Shown here piece after piece: positions 26,401-39,438 of a stretch of DNA of 64,000 nucleotides; positions within the stretch are counted from its first letter, which is position 1; each line of letters begins with the position of its first letter. A program made the translations under genes and the position numbers. The stretch spans positions 11,616,101-11,680,100 of the forward strand of contig NC_092677.1 of the NCBI RefSeq assembly GCF_964355755.1, written 5' to 3'. The DNA comes from Antedon mediterranea. Lineage: Eukaryota > Animalia > Echinodermata. Under the pieces are notes generated by a model. It saw only the letters and a program-made list of their open reading frames with translations, was not told the origin of the DNA and made no database searches.

Positions 26401-29400
26401 TAAATAATTCATGTTAAAAAATATAAACATTCGTTTGGATCATTTTTATAGGCCTACTTATCAAGAAGCATTCACATGGAATAATATGTTCTTGTGAATT
26501 TTTAAATTTGGTATTGTTTCGTGTTGTTATAAATAATGTAATTATGATTTATTTTAAAACGATCAATGTAATTTTCTCCTTGTGTGAACGAATAAAGATT
26601 ATACTTGATACTTGATACTTCATTTCGGATTATATACCTTCAAATGTTGTTTCTGTACCGTCTGTCCATATAAAATCCGACTCGTACAGCACATCACTTG
26701 CACCTATCCAATAAGTATCCTCTAAACTAGAACTGAATATTAAAAAAAATGTTCAACACTAACAATTTGGTTTATATTAATGTTTTTTTTTTTTTTTTTT
26801 TTTTTGCAATTTATATTATATTATGTCATCATATCTGGATGGATACATCAGTAAATTAAGTATTTTTAATATGTCGGATTTAAGTATGATTACAGTACTC
26901 AATGATAATCATGTTTTAGATTAGCAACTAATCCATAAAATATTTGAGATTACTATTAGTCAATTGTCTGATTCATTCGTTTAAAACGTTTTCTGGTTAG
27001 TGTCTGTTGTTGGTATTGTTTCTACTTTAAAAATGACACTGGAAATGAAAAATAAACTCACTTCATTTGTATAAGCTCGTTTATAAACGAGCTTTCGTTC
27101 TGGTATTTCACAATAGCTAAGCTACCGTTAAAAGATGTACAAGTGTCAGACGCTGTTGGAAAATCTTGTTTTTTGTGAAAGATACTGTAGCAGCGGGAAC
27201 CAAATCTATGCCATCCACTTGAACATGTTTTAAATGAAACGTTTTCAACATCTCGTCTTAACCGATGCTTATATATTACTGGAAGTTAAACGAAATTATG
27301 TTAGGCAAAATACTAACGCCGAGTGTCAGATTTATTAATACGGTATAATGTTAATGTTTCAAAATGTAAAAGAACCAATCGAGTGTTAAAGAACACTAAA
27401 ACTTACCATTTTGGCAAATTCTTTTTGAAAGTATATATGATGAAATATTTGTCTCTATCTTAGCTCTGAAATTAAAGAAATAAACAAAATATTCTTTCAC
27501 AATCAACATGCATTTTCTTTGTATATCTAAAGAAAATATACAATATATACATACATTACCTTAATAGAACACATCGAGGAGTTTCATATGATGTGTCATG
27601 TGATTGTGTGGGTACTGACCATCTTATTACCGGGATTGTAGTCAAAAGGCCTCTTATTGTATTTTGTTGTCCACAGTCATCTACATTAAAAACGTCGTAC
27701 GGAAGAGGATGAGAAAAGTCACCAAAATATAAACGTCTGTCTTCATCCGTTGATACTAATACAAAACTTCTTAATTTAATAGCAGCATTTAATACTTGAA
27801 AAGTTACTGGGAAAACAAATGAACACAAATTGTCTTAACAATATCATAATGAAACAAAATTGGGGTTTCCTATTCTTTTGGAAATAGTATGATATTCAAT
27901 TGCGCCAAAACATTTTATTTAAGGCCCGGCCCTATTCGTCTAAAAAACAAGGAGATAAGAAAATAAAATAACGTGAGAAAGGGAAAACCAAAAGTGAACT
28001 AAATCACTGTCGAGTAGGAACCCTTAAACATACAAAAATTACAATATTATAACATTAACAATAATAATAATAAACTTTAAAAAAAGATTCAACGATAAAA
28101 CTGATTATGAACAGATTAAAATATATTACAATTTAAAATAAATATATACATTTCATTGAAATGTAACATTTTAAAAATACTATGATACAATTCAACAAAT
28201 ATTTATTTCTAACCAATTCCATACAAATAATACAGAGCATAAAATGAGGACCAACCTACAAGTAAACGTGTCTCAGTTGGCCCTTTAACATGGTTACAAA
28301 AAAAGAACAAAGGTTTATGATGTTGATTTCATCGGTATTAAACTATAGCCTGGTGATAAAGACGAACAATAATATCGACTATATAAACATTCTAAATGAA
28401 ATCAATATTGAAAATTGTTTTTATTATAGTTTACATATTTGTTTATTCTTTTTATGAGATCTTACTTCAACGGTTAATAAAATCTGCGAAGGTGAAATAA
28501 AATATCATAGACATTATGTAATTTCCAAAAAAAGAAAGAAATAGGTTGGAAATACGCATGCGCATAAAGCAATGCTTGTTGCTAAATACGTAAAGCTTAG
28601 AACATCTGCAGGATGGAGAAAATCCATAGACTTATATCATTCACACAATTTATAGACTAAAATAGAATAGTTTTAAGTTGAGAATTACTTTGCGATATTG
28701 TCTATACTGGGAGTCACATTCAATTGAATTACATTTTGTTTTTACTTCTCATGACGTCATCATCGAGGAACCTATTTAAGGTTAAATTACATTGTAATAT
28801 TGTAGAATACAATCATAAACAAAGACTAAGCAATGATATTACACTGTGTGAGGCAACAATATAATATAGTGTATATTATAGTTTCACTCTGGTTTTAGAT
28901 AGACATCATCGTACACAATGCCCATAAGCAGGATATGCGACAATGACTTTTTGAACACATTTTCGCGTTCAATATAGACTAATGAGAGTATGGTCGTCAT
29001 GGATATATACTATTGTGGTAGATTTCCAATTGCGAATACAAAACTAAAACTCTAAAATTAATATATATAGATATTGATCAATGTGAAACACACGGTGCCT
29101 AAGTTATATTTTTTTCTAGGCCGACGTCTGTCGTACAATGTCAATTAGTTTTTCCATTCATCTGGATGGTGGATGAAACTAAGCCAGGACTGTTTAAAGC
29201 ACCTTTGATTGGTCCTAACATTGATCAAGGGCTTCTCTCGTCCAGGGCCCACCTTGACCAGAGGAGTGGCATGGAAAGTTATATAATATGCGATTATAGA
29301 AGCAGAACTGAAATAGATTACAATCAATGACCACGTTTGAATCTGAGTGTGTGTTGAACTAGACTTGTTCGAACAGCCATTGAACAATGCCATATAGATG

Positions 29401-32400
29401 GTTGCAGTCGCGTGCTCAAGTTAGTGTTTACCGACCGACCGACCGACCAACCAACCGACCGACCGACATAGTGAGCTGTATATAAATATAAATTATGAGC
29501 ATAAGAAGAGCATGATTTGAAATATACCGTATACCGTATTTACATAGCGAAGAGCGTGAACACATAACGTCACCAATATAGAGAAAAGATCGCAATCCAT
29601 ACCTCATTTACTTCTTTTAAATTAAGCTGTTATAATAATCATTATAGGCCTACTTGATTTGATCAGTTATTAGTCGCTTTGAATTCAGCAAAATGTCTTG
29701 GCTCTCATTAGTGTAATGGTCGAATTGTCCCAATGGCCAACAAATTGAAATTGATATCTATTTTATCGTCACTTGAGTATAATTTCCATTTTCTATTAAT
29801 TCATGATTGTTAACTAAGGTTAGTAGAATATGTGTTCATGTAATGCCACACGACACAATTAACGGAGTCTTTGTCAATTTTGGTTAACATTTTATGTCAA
29901 AGGTCAAAGCTTCTAAATCAATCGTTAAGCAATAGTCAGTGCCTTGTTTAAAGGGCCGCATTTACCGGGGTGCGATATTTCTATTCGCACAATTAAGGGA
30001 TACAGTTCGGAAAGTGTACAATCCGTATCCAATTATTAGTATATCTGGGTACATTATGTTTAGAATTTGGCAATGTTTCAACAAAGTGTTTCATTTTTAC
30101 ATTTCCTAAAATAGTTTTTAGTTATTAAGACTTTAGGAAGCAATAAAATATATCATTAACACTTTGTATAGCATACTCTATTTAGACAGAATTTATTTTT
30201 GATAAGATAATGTATGTCTCCAATAAGTAACGTTTTCAAAAAAAGGTTATTCAAACATACGTTATATGATTTATGTTTTATTTAACGTACACACATGCAT
30301 ATCTTATCTTCATACATTATTCATAGACACAAGTTATTTATTAACGATGTTTTTTATAAAAATTATAAACCAAAATAATCATTACTAGGAAGGACATGAT
30401 ACATTTTATTCTTCTGTGAGTGAACTGATTGCTGAAGACGTTGTCAGAGTTGATGAAAATTAAACTATTTGCAAAAATAACCGCAAAAGTTCTTTTGGAC
30501 ATAAAGAATAAAACGTGTGTTCTATCACCTAGAATTCCGTGTATAATAATAGCAGTGATTCAAATCTCCTTGGTCAATTGTTCTTAAGGTATTGGGGATT
30601 TCTACCCACAATTCGTTTATAAAATTAAATGTTTGTACAATATTCCGTTACTGAAGAAAAATAAATTAAAAAGGAAAAAAACAAACCAATTGCAAAACCG
30701 TTGAGTACTTAAAATAATTGTCAAAAGTGTTTACTGTAGAACAGAAACTGATTAGATTTTGTGCAGTCTTGTTTACATCACTTGTTGCATGGGCCTTCTG
30801 ATACAACATTCTGGTAATATGATCTCAACTGCTAGTATAACTGTTAGTGCTTTGACAATGAAATCTAGACTTAATTGATCATACAACCGTTCTCAAATTC
30901 CAAGCAAAATGCTGCAAATGTAATAGGACTACTAGGGTAAAACAAAACAAAGACACAGTAAATATTCTATGTAACCGAACTCCTAGTGTAATCTAAAAAT
31001 TAACATTGATTGGTAATCAGGTTTTAATTGCAAAACGTAAAAGTTTGTTTAAATTAAAAATGGCTCAAATATCAAAGTTTACACTTTAAAAATAGGGGTT
31101 AGATCTTTAAACATGTATTGTGTACCCACTTTTCCCACACATTTAGCCTTAAACATGTTTAGGTTCTAAACACATTCTAAACATGTAGTCTGTACTCAAC
31201 TCAACACATCAGTGACGTGTTGATTGTTAAACATGTGGAGAAATTGAACATAACAGTGGTTGACTGCTAAACGAGTGGAGGAAAACAACATGTAGCTATA
31301 AACACGTTTCGTTTTTAAACACACTAAACATGTAACTACGTGTTTAAAAGCTCCACAATGTTTTTACAGTGTAGAATTCATTCGATTCTTCGGTGTCAGA
31401 AACTTTCTGTCAAAATACTTCTGTTAATTTACTTTCTGTTAAAATACATATCGTCTCGGTTATAGGCCTACAGAGAAACGTCGTATCGTAATTTTCTATG
31501 GACCAGAGATTCCAAAATAAAAAATTGAATTTAAAATTTAAATGCTATCAATTAAGGCATTGGTCACAAAAATTGGTTGATAGTTTAGGTTACGTAAATC
31601 ACTTAAGTTAAAGGTAATTACAAGATCATTCGTGAATCATTATTTTCATCAAGGACCACCCCCTTGTCATTTGCTCAACAACAACAACGTAAATCAGTGT
31701 TAAAGGTAATTACAAGATCATTCGTGAATCATTATTTTCATCAAGGACCACCCCCTTGTCATTTGCTCAACATGTTTAGAATTTAGATGATATCAATATT
31801 GTTTAGCGCTCCACAAAACAATTTATTGAATGAGAAGGATATCAATTACTTTTAAGGACCGTAGGCCAAAGTACGTACGGTTACACAAAGCAATCATCTT
31901 CATTAACAACAATTTAATAAACTTATGAAGGTATTAGGCTCTGTCTACACATCAAACTAGTTGGATAAAAAAGTGTGTGCACAAATATGGTAGTGATATG
32001 CTTAAATATAATAGTGATATGACATCATCATGTCTATATATGGGCACATCACGTTTTTTGTTTGTCACATAAAGTTTGATAGTGTAGACAGAGCTTTAGA
32101 CAATCCTTCTAGTTTTTATAATGAACCAACAATTTACACGAAATATAATTTAAGTCAAGAATATTAATTTCCTTGTATATACATTGTCTTTGTGTGATAT
32201 ATGCAATAACTCATTTGAAAAATAGTACTTTCTGAATTAGCTGATTGATGATAAAGGTCAAAAGGTAAAAATTGACATTGTTCATTTGATATATTCCGGT
32301 TATTAATTAAAATGAAGTAAAGCTCTGTCACACTATCAAACTGTTTTGACAAAAAAGAGTGATGTGCCCAAATATGGTAGTGATATGACGTCATCGTTTG

Positions 32401-35400
32401 AAACACTCATTTTTTGTCACATAAAGTTTTATAGTTGAAAGAGGGAAAAATTCGATCCAACTCAGACTGGGAATCGTCTTCTGATGCTGCAGACATTATC
32501 TACCATGAGCCATTAATGTACAAGCCAATAAGGTAATAATTAAAAATAATGATCATTATGCATGTTTACTGTTTACATCAAATATAGGCATACATATAAA
32601 TAAAATAATAGGAAAGGACTATTATTAATTTAACATGATTCTTTCGCATCAGTGCGTCATTGTACCATGGTAACGTCACTAATAACAGTTACATTAATTG
32701 TTCCGATAGCATCTTCATATCATATGTCGGTAGGCCTGAATGACTTTTATTACAACCTAATTAAATTCATTCATTTGATTAGAATGGACAATAATAATTG
32801 AGACCGTTAACATCATTGTAAAATCATAAAGTACATTGCAATTGTTGTTAGTTTATTGCAAAAGGCTGTCTTTAAAGGCCAGGTGCGGGCAAAACATTTC
32901 TATTGATCATACATTCAAATAATTATCGATCTATAGTTTCCCTTATGTTTCAACATTTTTGGGATTTTATTTGTGTTACACGAGCTTATTGAAAATAAAC
33001 ACTATCCCCCACTTTCCAGTGGGGGACAGTAAAATCTCTATTCGGTCGGTTGGTCGGTCGGTAAACACTAACTAAAATTTGAGGACGCGACTACAGTCAT
33101 GTATATGGCCTTGTTATTCAACTTCAGAGTTTTATTTTCATGCTATAGCAAAAATTATCGACCGTATATCCACCATCTTTTTTCACCTTCTGGGAGTCAC
33201 CAGACATGTTATTACTTTATGTTAAACTGACCTAAATACTGAAAAAAGTCTTCCCGGTTTTTATAGCCAAATTTTGTATTTGACCATTTTAAGAAAAATT
33301 CATGTTTTTTCGTCTTGATTTATAATTATTACAAATATTTGATTTATGTACAATGCAGATATTATATTTAAAATTCATGCCTGTACCTGTGCTTTAAAGC
33401 TAACTCCAACATCAGCCCCACCACTTTAATTCTTATTTTCAACGATTTAAAGCTGATTGCTCCGCTTCTTTCATTGTTCATGTCTTACTGAGCACAGCCA
33501 CAAAAGGTGGTCATTGTAGGTGCTAACAAAATGAAAGGTAGCTCATTCTTTTTTAGGTTAGGGAACATAAAACGAGAACTTGGAACTAAAGCAATACACA
33601 TGCACTGGAATGAATCCGGGAAGTGCGAGATGCCGAGAGGCTTGCGGGGATGTTGATTAAGCTCTGTCTACACTGACAAAAAATATGTTGTGCCCCATGA
33701 TGTGCCCATACATTGACGTGATGATGTCATATCACTACCCTATATCTGGGCATACCGCTGCCACATTTGGGCACGTTACACTTTTTTTACAAACTAGTTT
33801 GATAGTGTATACAGGGTTTTACGCTCAAATAGATTGTCCAGAAATACCAATGTATTATGTTCAAAACACTTGCTTGCGCAATTGGCTACTGTTTCCTTTG
33901 TCTACATTATTATTGACCCATTTCATATAACTGTTTATAGCATTTAAATTTCGTCCAATAACTCATGTGAAAAAACTATAAGCTACTCTATATACAATTA
34001 TGCTGCTTCAAATAATAATATAAAAATACTAAAAAATAATAATTTCATTAACCTTTAATTATTGTCGGTTTAAATGTCTATTATCCCAGTTCTGTAAAGG
34101 TTATAAAATGCATGTTTGAATTATTCCTTTATTTTCTTATCGATTTAATTTTAAAATAACTTTATTTTATATGCTCGTTGTTGCCATAAACATGTTGCTA
34201 GGCAACTATGTATAATAATACGAAATTAGCAATATGGCTTGTATAGTATATTCAGGGAGTTGTTATTATATTAATATTATTGCAAAGAGTTAATGAATGA
34301 CCAATAGAAACTTAGTTATTATGATACTTGCAAACAAAAAAATTAATTAAAAATATATAAGGAAGCTTATAAGATAATGCAGATCATCAGTTACAATAGT
34401 GATAGTGATGCTTCTTAACAAAGTGCATGTCTTTACAGATCACATGGTAACACTCTTTATTGTCAACGATCGATAAATGCATAATGATGTTTGGCGTAAT
34501 GTACAATTCTTGATTAGGAAGTACACTACCGTTTTTTAAAAATTATTCTTCTATTTTTTTATGTTCAAAACACTGTTCCGTTTTTACATACATATTTTAT
34601 ATATGCTACTTTGGTCGATATTGCAATAACTGCTGCTAAGATTATATTCGGTTTGTTATTTATGTCCCGGTTTCTTTAATATAACAAATCGATAAGGTTA
34701 GGCACTAGTGAATAAAATTAATATCATATTCGAATAATACACTACGTATTTGTTTAGTTATAACCTTAATGGGAGAAATTTAGCCTTAACAAACCTATGC
34801 CTTCGTGCTTGTGTTCACGTTTTCTTTTTCCGATAAGGTAAGGCACTATAGTGAATCAAATTATTGTCATATTCGAATAATACTACGTCTTTGTTTAGTT
34901 ATAAGTTTAATGGGAGAAATTTAGCCTTAATAAACCAATTCCTTCGTGCTTGTGTTCACGTTTTCTTTTTCCGATAAGGTAAGGCACTAGTGAATCAAAT
35001 TATTGTCATATTCGAATAATACTACGTCTTTGTTTAGTTATAAGTTTAATGGGAGAAATTTAGCCTTAATAAACCAATTCCTTCGTGCTTGTGTTCACGT
35101 TTTCTTTTTCCGATAAGGTAAGGCACTAGTGAATCAAATTATTGTCATATTCGAATAATACACTACGTCTTTGTTTAGTTATCTAAGCTTAATGGGCGAA
35201 ATCTAAGCTTAATGGGCGAAATCTAAGCTTAATGGGCAAAATTTAGCCTTAATAGACCTATGCTTCATGCTTGTGTTTACGTTTTGTTTCTTTAAAGAGA
35301 ATTGTTTTGTTTTTATTTATTTCTAATTTAAGTTATAGCGATGAAACCGCCGCTTACAGGTTTGATAAATATAAAAGCTTTAGATTAAGTGGTTTTTCAA

Positions 35401-38400
35401 ATTAATAAACTTTTCTTGGACATGATGTTCGACTCGTTTGTATTATTATTCCATCGCTTAATATGTATAGTAGGCCTATAGGCACACTTCTTTAAAGGAG
35501 CACATTCTTAGATCACCTTTTAACACACCATAGAATACAAAATCATGTTAGTTAATTAGCTGCCAGATATTAAAGACCAATTTACACAGACGAGTGGTAA
35601 CGGTAAGCCGTGATATAGTAAGTGGAAAGCAAAAAATATAGGATCTATTACTATTGCTTTTATTACACGAAAACGCCGCCGAGCGATGTTTTATACGTGA
35701 GACAAACATGACGCGCGGTTTTCATCTTATCGTTACTGATCGTCTGTGTAAATTGGCCTTAAAGGACTATCATATGATGAACGTTATTTACAACTAATCT
35801 GTCTTTCTGTTGACTTTCGTTATCAAACACAATTCATTTCACTGAAATTATTAATATAGCCTAATCCATACAAATGTATACTATAATATCAATATATATT
35901 TTGTATAGTGTGTATAATGTTCTTATATATTTATTCGTTCTTTAAATAGTGTACAAAATACGAATTTCCGATATGTTTTATTAGACCAATTAAATGCTGT
36001 GATAGCAGCGCATTAATAAAAAAAAAAATAGCAAAGCCTCTATTAAGGGGACACCTTAAAGACACAAACAAGTGTCCACTTGTCAATTGGCCAAAATGTA
36101 GGCCTACTAGATTTGCTCTTTTTGGTCATCTTTTCCATCGAAATAATTTGAATTGTCTTCTAATTGACTAAAAGATAGATGGGAATATAAACTGAATATA
36201 GATATAGTGGAAAAAGTCACATTCTGCATAATGTGATTGGAAGATTAATTTACTTGGTGATAAGTCTGTCAAGGATGCCACGGCCAATTGAGCGATTATC
36301 AAGTCTTTATACAGTCTCTCACTCATTATACCTTTTAGATAAAACACACTTGTGCAGGCCTAAAGTGCAATGCACAGTACTTGTATATGTCTTATAATAA
36401 TACTAAATGGTCTAATGAATATTCATCGTTTCATATAATATTATATTACGTAATCAAAAATAAAAAAACATCGTCCAGTTGTATGTGGAATTTTTAGGCC
36501 TACAATTGAGATATAGATTCTCTTCATAAAAAAACTATTATCATGAAAATATAATATTGAATATACCTAACTCAATTCAAATTAATAAAATATTCATCTT
36601 TTCCTAATGATAATAATCAAAATAACATTTTTATATTTAAGGAATAGGAGGAGAAAAATCGCAATCTTGAGAATTGTTGCCCAGAAATATAATTAAACTA
36701 ATATTTTTAAATTAATCAAATATAGGCCTACTTCGAAACAGTGTATGAACCGAGAATACGAAGAACATAAGCGATGAGACGAGACAGCGAGTACTGACAA
36801 GATGACCCACATACAGTACATTATACAGTATATAGCTATTCTCTATAACATTATATTGTTATTCCTCCTGTATATCAACTAAAAGCAGAGAGATATGTTT
36901 AAACTGTAATAATATAATAAAGCAACATAAAATCATGTTAACCGAATTTGTAACTACAAACAGACAAACTCCAGTGATGCCGACAGAACATTGACATTGT
37001 AAAGCACATTCGTATTCATGCCTATATGCTAATGACTAATAATGATAAAATCAATTTATTATCGATCTTTCTTTACGTCTTTTTAAATGTACGTACGATG
37101 TTACAAATGGCCAACAAGAAGTAACTATTATAGCTAACAATAGTATCCCTTCTTTAACAAAATTGATAATATGTTATACGGAAACACTGTATCAATAACA
37201 TATCGAGATCCAATAACTGGAAGATTACTTTAAATATTAAGAATGTGTAATGGCTTGAATTTGTCCTTTTCACTGGTGTATATTGTGCATTTGTTTACAG
37301 TCGTATGATGGGTGATAATGAAGGTAATAATATATACCTATATTGAACAATCACCTCGCATGTCAATTGTTAAACGCCACGACGGCAAGATATGAATACG
37401 TAATTTTAATGTAAATAGTTAAGTTGAGATTGCAATATACAATGTCGTTGTTGTTAATGAAGTGGACAGCCATATTAATTTTGTTTTCATATGATATGCG
37501 TTTATGCTTGGTATGAACGTGGGCATTTATCTATAATTAAGCCTATTTGTTTAAAGCAGATTTAAATTACAAAACCGCCTTATACCGACGAAACCAGTTT
37601 AAGAATAATAGAACCTATAAATTAGAATGTAGGCCTATAGGTCCATCTTCATATCCAGTGGCCTCTGTCTCAAGCCGGTCAACAACAAATGACAAGCTCG
37701 CGAACTGGGCCTTATCGCGTGAACAAATATATTTGGACTTATTACTTTATCTATGATGGATCAAACAACTAAAACAAAAAATAAGAAGTCTAGTACCGTA
37801 CATAATATGTCATAATAGGTCATTGGGTCTGTTGTAATTTATATTGCTTGGTCAGTTGTTGTTGTTAGTTCCATTGATCATGAATGTAAATATTATGTGT
37901 GTATTGTTTTGCTTGTGTTTTCTGTCAACAATTATCATTGTACTATGTCTGAATGACCTAATAAATCGAATCTGAATCTGACTGTTAGTAGTAAATATTA
38001 TCCAGTGATATAAAAATAAAATTTCTCTTCCGGTACATCTACTACTAGGCCTACCTATTTTTCTGTGTGACGTATTGGATGTCATGACGCAGCGCGTGGT
38101 CACCATTATGTTTGGGGAATTAACTATTCATGATTTTAGTGATGTAATATTACTACTAATATAGCTAACGAAATAAAGGATGCAACATACAAGGTTGTTT
38201 TGGATAATTTTCTAAACTAAAAAGATGCCTGCTGAGTATTCTTAATGGCATTCCAATCAATTTATACTCTAGTATTGTATTATTATGTTGTGTTTATAAA
38301 ATTAACATACGCTTTAATTTGATGCACAAAAGTGGAAGGTCTTAGAGTGGACATTCACATCGATGAGTGTGTTTATTGATTACTTTTAAAAAAATATGAA

Positions 38401-38757
38401 AGTCAATTCTATGAGCGTGAATGCTAATCAATAAATTATGTTTTGAAAGTAAGCCTGTTAAGTTTAAATACTCATTGACTTGTTACATATTAAATTTCAC
38501 CATAATCATTACTGTATTATCATTACATAATCAAAACTTAATAAGCAATTTTTCTTACCTAAATATAACTCTCCCTTTTCGTATGATTGAATTTCTCCCA
38601 ATTCAGGATGCTTGACTGAAATAATGATATCATTGTCGTTATTGATGTTGTCTGCCGTGATCAAATCATCGCAAAAGATTCCAATATTTCCTTCAACGAG
38701 ATAAACAACAATTATCAGAATAAATAGCAGAGATGAGATATAAATTCCTGTAGACAT
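14406..38757 (-). CDS. Type I membrane protein: signal peptide, prodomain, CLECT-CUB-CLECT-CUB-CUB-CUB-EGF-TM, cytoplasmic tail (~1252 aa)
   Basis: 16 phase-consistent exons: 38757-38559, 27806-27560, 27465-27407, 27278-27062, 26732-26638, 26140-25946, 24610-24233, 24007-23711, 20549-20385, 18886-18185, 17855-17663, 17382-17177, 16138-16001, 15772-15590, 15128-14672, 14433-14406. They sum to 3759 nt, in frame. Motifs: CSSGW..FGSRCY/YWIGASD/QPN..DC/WND..C (lectin), TSPNYP/CLYD/RFVSD..GF (CUB), CDASPCKNGAEC..CSC..FTGIQC (EGF), LAIIGLLFLMLIAF+RLKRR (TM). Linking exon 1 across a 10.7-kb intron is inferred from phase and the signal peptide. Confidence 0.88.
16287..16326 (-). ncRNA. Minimal type I hammerhead ribozyme motif, different family
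   Basis: Minus strand reads CTC-CTGAGGA-C-GATCAA-agtata-TTGATC-GAAA-CG-TC^-GAG. Stem I CTC/GAG, 6-bp stem II, palindromic ACGT in place of stem III. Confidence 0.8.
22172..22283 (+). mobile_element. Second HINE/DINE-like family; partial copies at ~29385-29480 (+) and ~33040-33113 (-)
   Basis: AACAAGGCCATATAGATGG.TGCAGTCGCGTGCTCAAG, a (CCGA/CCAA)n microsatellite and the terminal hairpin AGTCGCGT-TGC-ACGCGACT. Confidence 0.75.
24645..24990. mobile_element. TTAA-flanked MITE (Kolobok-like)
   Basis: ttaa-AGATGTATTGTC...GACAATACATCT-ttaa. A related single end lies at ~46423. Confidence 0.75.
25186..25427 (+). mobile_element. tRNA-derived SINE with poly(A) tail
   Basis: A box TGGCTTGGTGG, B box GGTTCAAGTCC, ~170-nt body and a terminal A-run at ~25415-25427. 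Confidence 0.8.
31608..31772. repeat. 73-bp direct duplication (period 92)
   Basis: TTAAAGGTAATTACAAGATC...TTTGCTCAACA at 31608 and 31700. Confidence 0.9.
34690..35290. repeat. ~140-bp tandem repeat x4; the last unit has an internal 20-bp triplication
   Basis: CGATAAGGT(T/A)AGGCACTA starts at 34690, 34831, 34972 and 35111. ATCTAAGCTTAATGGGC occurs three times at 35181-35237. Confidence 0.95.
35573..35760. mobile_element. MITE with ~20-bp TIRs (Harbinger-like)
   Basis: AAGACCAATTTACACAGACG...CGTCTGTGTAAATTGGCCTT with TA-rich flanks. Confidence 0.75.
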
Positions 38758-39379
38758 AGTTGTCCTTAATTTGAATTGTAGTTTAATTTTAGGTGCCTGG
38801 TATATCATGATGACGTGAGCAAGTTCTTGGATTCAGGCGGGAATCCATCTTGACAAGATTCCATTTACTCATGCCTTCTGTAAATTGCGTTTGAACGTGA
38901 CTTCCTCTCGCAACATCCAATAATATACAACTGACAACAATATCATATCACCGACGAGAAGATCAAAATCATCACGTGGTTTTAGTACAATAGAGAAAAG
39001 TAATCAAAAACATGACGTCATTGAACAATGGCAGAATGGACTTGTGACAGACGATTAAAGAACAATTGACAACCTGTAGTAAAATGAAATCATAATTATG
39101 TTGGTTTCTCGCTAATATGAAATATATTATAATGAGGGCGGACAATTCACGACGTTGAAAAAGATGACTGGTGTAATTTTGAAATTGATGGAAACTGTCA
39201 ATTGTGACAATTTCACTTAAAATATCCGTTTTTGTACGCGGTAAACAAAAAAAAAACCAAAAAATGTAAAATCATATGCAAAATAACAACGCAAGTAATT
39301 GACAAATCATGTAATCGCAAATCACTACTTCATAATGAAATATGAACATATTCTATTTAGATTGATTAACTCGCATATT

Positions 39380-39438
39380 CTAACCGGGCCCAACGTTGCT
39401 TAACTTTTGTGATCTGACGAGAACCGGTGTTTCGACGT
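39380..39438 (-). pseudogene. 5S rRNA-derived fragment (pseudogene or SINE3 head)
   Basis: Minus strand ACGTCGAAACACCGGTTCTCGTCAGATCACAAAAGTTAAGCAACGTTGGGCCCGGTTAG resembles the middle of invertebrate 5S rRNA. Both ends are missing. Confidence 0.8.
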
